Source: a virus
Lineage: Duplodnaviria; Caudoviricetes
Length of the DNA: 64,000 nucleotides
IMG/VR virus record: IMGVR_UViG_3300037400_001189
Coordinates: 1-64,000 of that record
Direction: 5' to 3' (one strand)
Shown: piece after piece, positions 1 to 12,000 of the stretch
Numbering within the stretch: position 1 is the stretch's first letter
How the letters are laid out: each line of letters starts with the position of its first letter
The notes under the pieces: model-generated
Told to the model about the DNA's origin: nothing
Database searches by the model: none
The model's input: the letters and a program-made list of their open reading frames with translations, nothing else
Made by a program: the position numbers and the translations under genes

Positions 1-3
1 CAT

Positions 4-3000
4 ATGAGAACAAGTCTTTATGACATGATTTCCGATATGGTTGCTACTACTGCAGCTAATGGAATGCTCAGTGAAGACTTGAACAATGTTCTTAAGCAGC
101 TTCAAGATAGTCTTGGAGTTGAGAACAATGAACAGCTTAAGAAAGAGCTTGCCAGATATGCTGAAGTCTATGGCAGTGCTGCAGTAGGAGACAAGGAAGG
201 CAAGACTGATGAAGTATTCTCCAGACGTAATCTTGTTTCTAGTGACTACTATGAAAATGCCAACGATGTAGAAAACAGAGCTCAGAGATTTGAAGATCTT
301 ATTCAGAATCTTGGAGGCACTAAAGCTGAAGCTAGAAAGCTTCTAGAAGAAGTAGCTGAAGAGAATATCAATGATAAGAATGAAGGATTCAATTCTTCTT
401 TAGCTAAGGCAAAGCAAGCTAGGGAAGAAGGCAATACAGATGTCTATGATTCTGAAGTAAGACATATGACTGACCGTGTTAAATCTATGGTCATGAAGAT
501 GCAGGACATTACTGAAGGTCTTCGCAGCAACATGAACAAGGGAGCCACTACAGACAGCAAAGGCTTCCTTAGCGATGACAAATTCACTATTCAATACGGC
601 AATGAAAAGGATTCCAGCAGAAGAGGAGAGAAAGCTCAGTTCCGTACATCCTTCAAGAAGGAAGCATTCAACTATTCCACTAGAGGTGGACTGTTCAAGA
701 CTACTGACCAGATAGCTAGTGAAGCTAGATACATGGCTGAACAGCTTGACAGCTTGAACCTGTCTGACAAGCAGAAAGCTGATATTAAGCAGCAGCTAGA
801 TCTTCTTCAGGAATACGAGAATGATATCAATCATATGGGTTATGAGCTTCATAGAGGCATTAGAAGAGGCTTCAACTATGAAGCTGACACTGATGGCGAA
901 GCTGTATTGTCTGAAGGAGAAACAGCTAAGATAAAAGGAGCTATGGAAGACTACTTTCACCAGTATGTTACTCCTAATACTGGTGAGAAGAGGCTGTCTC
1001 CAAAGGAAGCTGTAGACCTTAAGAAGTATGTTAATACCCTGTCTCTAGGACAGCTTAAAGCTTTCCAGAAGTCTCTGGACAAGCAGAAGGATTCCATTGC
1101 CTATGAAGGCGTATCTGCAGCTATCAAGGCTAGAGAGTCTGCTAAAGGAATTGCTGCTTCCCATGCTAAATGGAGAGGTACTCACTACCAGAATGGCAAG
1201 TATATTCGTAGTCTAGTCAAAACTACCCAGACTACTGAGAAAGGCAATGAAGCCAAGATAGACAACATGGTTAACGGCACTCATGTAGATGCCATTAACA
1301 ATGCCAATATTCTGGAAGCTCACCATGAACAGCTTCAGCAGAGAATTGCTAAGCTTGAAGCTAAGAAGAATAGAACTAAGAGAGAAGAGAAGAAGCTTAA
1401 TGAGTTAAAGGCTAAGCTGAAGAGTACCAAGGAAAGACTTGGCACTCTTGAAAGAGTTTCTGATGCTAGAGCTAAGACTATCTATAATCAAAATGTAAAG
1501 GCTATCTTAGAGAATCCCACAAAGATTTCTGAACTTATTGCTCAAGTCTATAATGCTAATAAAGCTCAGGATGCCAAGGTAAATGTCAGAGCCATAGAAA
1601 AGGCAATTAAGATGCTTAGAGACACTCTCCATGATGCTTCTTCCATGGAGACTGACAAGGCTAAGCTGAAGGATGCCAAAAAAGCTCTTGAACTGTTAGA
1701 TAAACTTTTAAAGAGAGCAGAGAAGACTGACAGAGTTCTAGAAGGCAGAGATACTATTATCCATAAGCTTATAGACATATGCTCCAAGGAAAATCTTCGT
1801 AATCTTTCTGACATTAATTTCCTTAAGGCATTAAAGCAGTCTATGGAGAAGTTTAAGGATAAGCTTGGAGATAGACTAGAAGCCTATAAGGGTCCCTACA
1901 AGGAAGCTCTCTATAATCTTGCCTATAAGATTAGGCTGATAGAACGCAGTGACGAGAAGCTTGCTAGAGGCATCATCTATGACATTAACCATAATGGCGA
2001 TCTAGATGATCTTAAGTCTAGAGCTGTAGACTATGAAAAAAAGATAGCCAAGCTTCAAGCTAGGAAGTCTCTTTCTCCAGAAGAGCAGAAGACTCTTGAC
2101 AGGTACAAGCAGTACAGCAGTGCCATAGCTAAGCAGACTAAAAAGCTTGAAGACAGAGCTAATGAATTTGAGAATAAGCTTCCTGACAGGCCAGACATCT
2201 TTGCCATTAACGACATAGATGAACTGGAAGATCTTGACAGAACCGTAGTCAATTCTTTGGCTCAGCTGTATGATCTCAAGTCTGAGTTCTATGGCAACAA
2301 GCTTGCCATACAGAAAGTGATGGAAGTCAGGAAAGACATTCAGGCTAAAATAGCTGAACTGTCTGAAAAGCAGGATGCCTCAGAATCGCCTCAGAATGGC
2401 TCAGAATTGACAGAAACAGGTCAGGATGAACAATCTACCACGGATACTCAGGAAGGCTCTCAGAATGGCTCTGAAGGCTCAGAAACGGTATTTGAAGATG
2501 ATGCTTCAGTTAGCAAGTCATTAGAAAACCTTAAGACCAAGTACAGTACTGCTTTAGGCAAGGCAGGCTTGGAAAAGGAACAGGTAAATGCTGTAGTAGA
2601 AGTGCTGATTAATAATGCCAAGATCTTGGCTGATGCTTTTGGCATGTCTGTAGAAGACTATCTGAATACCAGATTTGCTGGTTTTCAGAACATGTCTCAA
2701 AAGGAATTTGAAGAAAAGTATAGTGATGTTCTATATCAAGATGCTTGGCATGGATCTCCATTTGACTTCAATGAATTTAAAACCAGTGCAATCGGTACTG
2801 GTGAAGGAGCCCAGATTCACGGATGGGGTCTATACTTTGCAGCAAGCAAAGATATTAGTGAAGCATATCGTAAAAGATTAACTAATAGTGTTAAAGTACT
2901 TTATAAAGGAGAAGATATAGCAAATGATGCTGATCTATTCCTTACTTTATCTCAAATTTATAATTTAATTAATACTAATACTATTAAAGACCAAGACACT

Positions 3001-6000
3001 CTTCAAACAGAATTAGCAAAAGAACTTGATATCTTAATTAAAGATGAACAAGAATTTTTTGATGCTATTAAAAATGATGATGATCAATCTGGTTCTGAAT
3101 TTGTTGATGAGAAATTAAAGTACTTAAATGATTTAAAAGATAATATTAATGAGTTTAAATATGTAAAAAATGAAGATGAAAAAGGTCAATTATTTAAAGT
3201 TGATATACCTGAAAATGATGTTTTATTAGATGAAGGATTAAAACTAAATAAGCAGCCTAAAAAAGTTATAGAAGCTATAAAGCAAATTCCACCTATAAAG
3301 AAAATTATTGATACAAATCCTTATTACTTGGAGCAGCATACAGGAAGAAATCTTTATGATAAACTTATAGATTTCTTTTTTGAACAAACAGATACTTATA
3401 AAGAAATAAAAGAAGAATACACTGGTGAAAAGCGTAGAGCATTACGCAGAAAACTATATGAAGCTAGAGAAAGTCAAATAGGACCTTTATCTAAACAAGC
3501 TTCTTTGCTTTTAAATAATTATGGCATTGAAGGCATTACATATGAAGGTGGAAGAGATGGTAGATGCTTTGTAGTTTTTGATGACAAGGCTGTAAAAGTT
3601 CTAGAAAAATACTATCAAAGAAAAAGAGGACAGGAAGCTAAGGGTGCTACTACCATTTCAGCTAACCAGTCTCTTATTACTTTGTTTGAAAAAGGTGATG
3701 TAAGCACTGCCCTGCATGAAACATCTCACTTTTTCCTTAATGAAGTAAGAGAGCTTATTAAGTCTGGCAAAGCTCCTAAATGGATGCAGAGCGTATGGAG
3801 CACTCTGCAGAACCAGTACAGCTTTGATGGTCTGCTTGATGGTACTGACAACAAGTCAGTTAAAAGCTGGACTAGAGTGCAGGAAAGATTTGCTAGAGAC
3901 TTTGAAGCCTACATGCGTGAAGGAAAAGCACCTAAGCCTGAACTGCAGAGCATTTTTGATGCATGCAAGAAATGGCTAAAGGCTATCTATAAAACTATTA
4001 GATCTCTTCTTGGCAAGAATAAGCTGTCTCCTGAAATTCGTCAGGCATTTGATGCTTTGTTTACTGGTGAATTCAAAGGAGATGAAAATGTTGCTGTAGA
4101 ATCTGCACTAGAAACATTAAATGTGTGGCATGCTACAGGAGAAAATGCCAATCTTAGTAATTTAGCTCTTAGACCTTTTGACTATGAAGGCAGACACTAT
4201 CAGTCTGTAGAACATGCATATCAGTCTCTTAAATCTGGTTCCTTTGATGAAGCTATATACAATGATCCTAGATGGAGTAATGCAGGAACTAAAATTCAAG
4301 GTAGAAAAGGTACTGACAAGAAAACTAATCTTCAGCTAATGAAGAATCTTATTCTTGAATCCTTTAAGCAGAATGATTCAGCTAGAGAAGAGCTTCTCGC
4401 TACAGGCAATGCCAAGTTTACTCATAAGAGACCTAATGGAAGCAATGGCATATGGGAAACTGAATTTCCTAGAATCTTGGAAGAAGTAAGAGAAGAGCTT
4501 AAAGACTATCAGCCTGAAATAGATAATTCTGATGTATATACATTAGAACAGAATCTACAGCAATTCCTTGATACATATCAGGAAATAGATGAATCACTTC
4601 TTCCTGAAGACATTAGAAATATTCTAACAGAAATATCTGATAGAATGGATGAAGTATCTAAGTATGCTAATGATCCTGCTATATCAAAATATTATGGTAC
4701 TCTGCAGAAACTATATCATGACTATGAACAACTATTAAAAGAAGCTGTTGCTAATGATAATAGTTCTGTTTCTACTACTTCTACGTCTACTTCTATTGAT
4801 GTAACTCTTCCAGAACTGTCTTCTGATCCAAAGGAAGCAGCTATTGAAGCTCAAATTCAGGAAGTTATTAAAAAATACTGGAATCTTGATCCAGACCAAC
4901 CTTCTGGATATTTTGCTAAGGCTATTGATGAAATCTTAGATGCTTATGGATTAACTGCTAAGCTTAGTGCTGAAAAATCTAGCATCTATAATGAATTATA
5001 TATTCAGTTATCTGATCAGTATAATACAGCTTTTTATGAAGCTTTAGACAGAGAAGCAGAAGCAAAAAGAAATAAAAGAGACAAAATTGAGAATACTCCT
5101 AGAGAAAATGAAACTACTGAACAATTAAGAAAACGTCTTATTGTAGGTGGTACAGAAGAAACTGACGAAGCTGATTCAGAAGCAGAGCAGGAAAGAAAAT
5201 ATCATCAGCTGCATTTTCCAAAGCATATAACTTCCAGATGGTCTCAGAAGGCTCTTAACGGTGCTTTCAGAGACATAAAAAATATAAGGAACATATTTGG
5301 TGCTAAAGAATCCTCCATGACTTTGCATGGATTGCCTGACTCCATTATTCCAGACAACTGGAGAGACTATCAGGATGATCCAGAAAGTCCTCTTTATAGA
5401 GATGCTCCATTAGGCAAGCTAGTTGCTTTAGCTGTAGACAGCTTAAGCAAAATTCTTGTTACCTATCATTTCTCTAAAGATACTCCTTTAACTAGATGGG
5501 ATTCTAAGAAGAAAAAGTATGTACCTATAACTGAGTTGAATGGCATTCTTAATAATGTTCTTAGAAATGCTCCACATGTGCAGCTTCTGTATCAACCTGA
5601 TTTAAGCACTATGGAGATTGGTAGAAATTATAAGGGATTTAAATCTTCCTATATAATGGATGCCATGATTAATCCTAATACTGCAGTAGCTATTATTCTT
5701 GGCGTAGCTGAACTGTTTGCCAATAGATCAGTATCCAGCATTTTCAACCCAAAAACTAATGAAGAAATAGCTAGTGCCTTTGGCATGAATCCAGACAATA
5801 TTGATCCTATGGATCTGCAGGTATTCACTAAAGTAGCTAACAAGTATGGTGTATTTAAAAAGAATATTTCCACTACTCTTGGTCATCTTATAATGGATAA
5901 CTTAGGACTAAAGAGAGGAAATAAACTAGAAGAAGAATCATACACTATCTATGACAATTCCGTAGCTGCATTAGGCAACGTAGGACTGCTCTTAGCTGAA

Positions 6001-9000
6001 GAACTTGGTTTCATTACGTCTACAAGAGTATACACTGGAGAATTTCCTACGGCTCCCAGTCCTACTGCTTCTCAGCAGGAAAAGGATGCTTTTCAAAGAG
6101 AAGTATCCAAGTACCTTAAAAGCCGTCATTTAGATGAATTGGACATTACGCCTGAACAGGCTGTTCATCTTGGCTTAGGCCAATCTAATGTAAGATATTT
6201 CTACAAGTACAATGAATCCCAAGAAACTGACAATGCAGTAAAAGAGCTATGGCTCGGTCCAGTAGTAGATACTGCTGATAAAGGTGAATATCTTGGAGAT
6301 TCTGCTCCTGTATACACTAGAGAAGAAAAGTTTGGTGCCAAGTCGTTTAAAGCAGGTAGAGATACCCTTACAAGAACTCCTTTGCTTAATGCTAAAGATG
6401 TTCATAACTCTCCTACTAGACGCAAGCAGCCTAACTTTAAACTTACTGAAAATAGGATGAGAGTATTAAATGAAGAAAGTAAAGCTCCTTACTATATCAA
6501 TACTCCTATTCTAGATGAGATTCTTAAAACATGCGATGGTAATGAAACTAAGATGAGAAAGCTTCTTCTCACTCGCATGGGATGGGATAGCAGAATTGAA
6601 GACGATGACTTTGATGATTTGTCTTATGATGAGAAGACCAAGATTAAAGGCAAGAATGAAAATCTTGAAAGAGAGCTTGATGCTTTCCTAGACTATGCTC
6701 GTCTGCAAAAAGACTTGGAGAGTGAAGGCAAGTTCTTTGGATACTTCTTTAGATACTTTGGTTCTGCCAACGGTCGTTCTTTCATGGATACCAATACCTT
6801 GAATCCTCAGACTTCCAAGGCATTTCCACGTTTCCTATGCCAGCCAGAAACTACCTATCAGGCATATGACCTAAATGATGCAAACGACATTCAATGTGAA
6901 TTGTTTGCTGTAGCTCAGGCATTTGACTGCCTTAAGTCCTATTACAGCTCTAAAGAGAATGAAAGCAGAAATGGCGTATCTCTTGCAGGCAAACTGCTTG
7001 GTCTAGATGTAGTTAATGGAGACATAGCTGATATACAAAAGAGACTAGAAACTCTTAGAGGCATTCAGAGAGATCTTATTCTTAACGATAGCGATACTAA
7101 TGCAGATAAGTATAGTAAAATTGGATGGAATGGTGGATTTGAAAACTTTGGTCAAGCAGTAGTAGCTATAGACCACTGCGTTAGAAGACTTGAAGCTGTT
7201 TTAGCTAAGGGTGGAAAAACTGAAGGAGCTACTATCAGCTCGTATCTTTCAGTAGAGAACGACTCTACTACATCCGGCTATGTAATTAAATTTTTACTTA
7301 TGCCTTTAGACAAGGATCTATTAGCTGAATATGGCTTGAAGATTGGTTATCTTAATCATGCTCTTATACAGAACAATCCTAACTTCTCAAGTGCTTTTAA
7401 GGAAAGAATTAAAGGCTATACTTCTATTGATCAGTTAAAGGCAGACCCAGAATTTTTGGATATCTATAAAACTGGTGCTGTTGAAATGGTCAATGAATAC
7501 GAAAGTATGAAGAGAGAAGCTGAGAAAAAACAGGAGACATTAGGTGAAGTAGCTTTTAATTCTTTATGCACTGTTGAATCTAATGATAAAGAAGATGATA
7601 CTAGAGAACTAAACAGTTTTGGAAAAAAGGTAGACAACGCAGGCATAGATGCAGTTGATGTAGATCGTGCCATTAAAACAGTAGAAGCAGCTATTCCTCA
7701 TCCAGAAAAAGATCCAAAAACTGGCTTATGGAAAGTTTCCAGTGTCTTAAGAAACTTGATGAAGCCTATTATTATGATTTTTGGCTACAATGCTTCAAAT
7801 GAATCTTGTGAAAAGAGATTCGGTGAAGCTGTTATGGATGAGCATATAAAGATTTTTGTCAATCTTTATAATAAGCAAGGTATTTATGGCTCTAAAGGAA
7901 AAGCTGTATTAGCTCCTATAGCTTATGATCTATATAAAGGTAAAAGAAGCAAGGAAGAAATTGATGCTATATTCAATTTCATGACTGACATAGCTCAAAG
8001 AGTTACAGGCTATAAAAATCAAAAGAGTGCCATAGATAAACTTGTAAAAGCTTTAAGAGCTAAATCTCCTTATGCCATTAAGTTTAAATCAATAGCTAGA
8101 GATCAGGTAGGAGTATATAATACCATATCAGTAGCTGAATGGTATAAGCTTGTAGTAGGTGGTACTTTTGGTAAAGCTGTAACCAAATTCTTGGACAAGA
8201 AATTTGGTGCATATGGCAAAGCTAATAGACATCTTAATAATGCTTCCAAGATTACGTTTAAGCTATATTCCCATGTGCGTAATGCTCTTATTAAGCAGCG
8301 TTTAGCTAAGCTTATTGAACAGGATGGCAATCCTGATGCTAGCGATGCAGCTAAGTCTCGCATTCAGTCTTTGAAAAAGAAATATGCATCTCAGGTAGCT
8401 AAAAATGGAAACAAGCTAAGTGTTAATTTCATGGGCATATCCGACTTAAAAACTAGGGAAGTAAGAGTTATAGACAATATATGCAGACCTCTTCTTCCAG
8501 TATTCCAGATGCCTGAAACTGATGCTGACAAAGTTAATCCTAAAACAGGTGCTGTAGTTAGCACCAATATTAGATCTGTTGATACTGCGTCTGCAGATCT
8601 AAGCAACTCTTCTGCAGCTACTCCTATCAAGTCTAGAGACATAGATGGCAACTCTATGCCTGAATACGTTCCTAGAAGCGATAATGAAGCTGATGGCTAC
8701 AAATTTGAAAACGATACTCTCAATTCATACGGTGACATAACAGAGTTTTCTTCTGGTGACCGTATGCTGGCAGTTCTGCTTATTCACTTCGTAGATGGCG
8801 TACTGGCAGAGCATACTATGGATCATATGCTTCAGTTAAAGAAGTATCTTACCGTTATCCATGATGCTTTTGTACTGTCTGCAAAAGATGGCAAGTTCCT
8901 TGACCAAGGCTTTAATGAAGCTCTTGCTAAAGTATGCGAGTATTTCAATCCATTTGAGATAGTTGCTATTGCTCTAAATCAAATGAAAAAAACTTCTCTT

Positions 9001-12000
9001 GAAATATGTGAAAAGAACGGTATTCCAGATTTTGACTTTAGAGCTCCTTTAAATCCAAAAAGATTTGGTTCAAAATTGTTTAATCCTACCTATGGTCAAG
9101 TGCAGCATGAAGTAATTGAACTTAGCAAGTTAGTGCGAAATATTAAAAGAGAGATTTTTAACAGCAATGATCAAATCATTCTTGCTAACTTAGGTGGTGA
9201 TACAGGAGGTCAATATACCATAGCTGGAACAGCTAAAGTACCCGGTGTAGGCAATGAAGTATCCACTCTTACTGCACAGGAAAAGGCTCAAGCTGAGTCT
9301 AGTGCTTTAGGTAGCAGAGCTTCTGCATGGAAGGATAAATATGACATTCAGAGAATAGAACAGGAAGCTAATTCCTCTAAGGAAGGAAGAGCCAAGATAT
9401 TCCAGTCTCTAAATGAATGGGATGAAGCTGAAGGTCCAGTAAAGAATGATGAAGAGTATCTGAAGCAGGCTCAGGAACTTCTTAATGAAATTAATCCTGA
9501 AAGGTTCACTAATCTTCAGTACGAAGAAGCTGTATCCCAGCAGGATGCTGAAGCTAAAGGCGTATACTTTACAGGCAGAGATGGAAGTCAGAGAAGAGTA
9601 ACTGTAATTAAGCCTACAGCTATTGCCAATGAAGCTGATAGGAAGAACAGGCTAGCTTCCAGACAGCTTTCCGCTGCAGCAGTGTACATGCATGAAATGA
9701 TTCACCCTGCTGTCAGTGAAGCTATAGCTAATCCTGATCTGTATGGCGTTACCAGAGAAGTAAGTGTTCTTAGAGAATTCTATAATGCTGTTGCTGACAA
9801 GATTGACTATACATTCTTCAGACCAGATAACTATGATTCTTTAACTGAAGCAGAGAAGAAGCTAGCTGATGAATCTGCTCAAAAGTACTATGACTACATG
9901 TTCAACAGTACTGACAAAGATACGTTAGGAGGCTTCCAAGAATTTATTGCCAATGCTCTTAGCGATCCTAGAATGATTAAGCTTCTAAAGGGCATGGATG
10001 CATCTGCCTATAGCGAGGAGTATAGAGGCAAGAACTTCTTTGAAAAGATATTCTACATAGTCAAGCATATTTTCAAGGCTATGTTTGGCAATGAAGAATC
10101 TAAAGGCAAGGTACTGCGTACTATGGGCACTCTTGGCTTGGAATCCAAGAGGCAAGGCTCTATCTATGATGCCATGAGAAATCTTACTGTGCAGATAAGC
10201 TATGCCAATGCCTATGCTGCCAACAAGATGCAGAACGGCAAGCTGTCCAAGCTTGAAAACGTATTTGAAGCTCTCAACTCTGCTGCTCAGGTAATCAAGC
10301 CTGTAAACGACTTTGTATCCGACAAAATTAAATGGGCATTCGACCTAGGCGGAGTATCCAACAGGTTTGAACGTACCTACAAGAGCTTGGAAGAGATTAT
10401 CAGAGCTCAAGGCATTACAGAAGGTTCCAGTAAAATGGATACTTTGAAGACTCTTCTGATGTGTCCATTCAGCCATAACATGAGAGTAGCCTTGGCAGAC
10501 ACTCTCATAGACTGCTGCTCTCTTGGACAGAGAAGCACCTTTGCACACTTTATCAGAGACATATCCGACAAGGATGACGCTACTAGACAGCTTGAAGGGC
10601 TAGCTTCTCTTAGAAACAACATAGACAGAATGTCCAGAGGTGCAGGAGCTGCATATGCTGCCAATATCCTAGATTCCTTTGGAGGAACCATATCTGACGA
10701 AGACTCCATAGCCTGCACCAAGATAGGCGTAGCATGCGATCTGCAGTCTCTTCTTACAAATGGATATTCCATTGAAGAGATACAGAAGCTGTCCAGCGGT
10801 GACGGCATAGAGGAAGCCATTGCTTCTCATGAAGCTGCCATTGCAAAGCATTACGAGAATGACAAGCATGGCAGAGAAAAGACTACATGGACTAGAAACC
10901 AGTGCATTGGTCTTGCCCACTTCATGAATACCAACAAAGGCAATCCTGCACAGTGCCTCAATGCCTATGCCATTGCCAGAGGCTTCCTCTGCACTTGGAA
11001 GAATGACAAGGCAGACGAGAAGCTTATAGGCCATATCGACTGCTTAACTTCTCTTATTGCCATGCAGAATGCTGATCCTAGCCATAGGCTAGCTATCTCC
11101 AAGATGAATTCAAAGGGATTGAAGACTGTACTGGAATGCCATAGAAGCCTTATAGGCAAGGCATTTGATGCAGGCTACATTGAAAGAGCTCACATGATTA
11201 AGGGATGGCATTCCTCTATCATAGACGATACCAAGGACTATGCAGTAGCTCCTGTAGATCCTGCTACAGTAAAAGCTATGGCTGACGATGGATACAAGCT
11301 CAATACAGAGCTTCCTGTAGACGGCATGACCAATGCTGTAATGGGATTCTACATCAAGAGTGTAACTACTCCACAGCATAGGCAAGGTGCAGCTCTTCAG
11401 ATTACAGGAAAGAGAGCTATAGGCCAGTCTCTTAACTCCTTCATGGAAAGCAACGAGCATATTATAGGAGACAGAAGAGACTACATTACAAGGCAGATAA
11501 AGAAGGCTCACTTCATTAGAACCAAGATGCAGGCTAGAATGGAAACTCTAGACGGTCTTAGCTATGAAGATTTCGACAATAGAGGACTAGTTGGTTCCTA
11601 CTATACTCCTGTAATTAGTCCTAATGGAGACGTAACAGACTTCCGCATTACCATGTTTAACGACTTCAAGGATGCAGTCATGAACAGAAACAACAATATC
11701 TGCGATGTCATGTCCAAGATGGCTATGACAAATACTGTCAAGACAAGTGCAGGAGGACAGAATACCAACATAGTTCATTTCCTTATAGACGACATGGAAA
11801 AGAACATGGATCCAGATACCCATAGAGCTAGGAGACAGTTTGAAAATCTTGGCGAAGTAGTGCTTGGAAGCAAGGAGCTTAGAAACAAGCATGACATCAA
11901 GTATGTAAGAGTAAGAATTGATCCTGACTCTGAATTTGCTGCTCCAGACGTTCCTGCTGCTATCATTCCAGAAGAAATGAGGGAAGCTATGAGAAGACTG

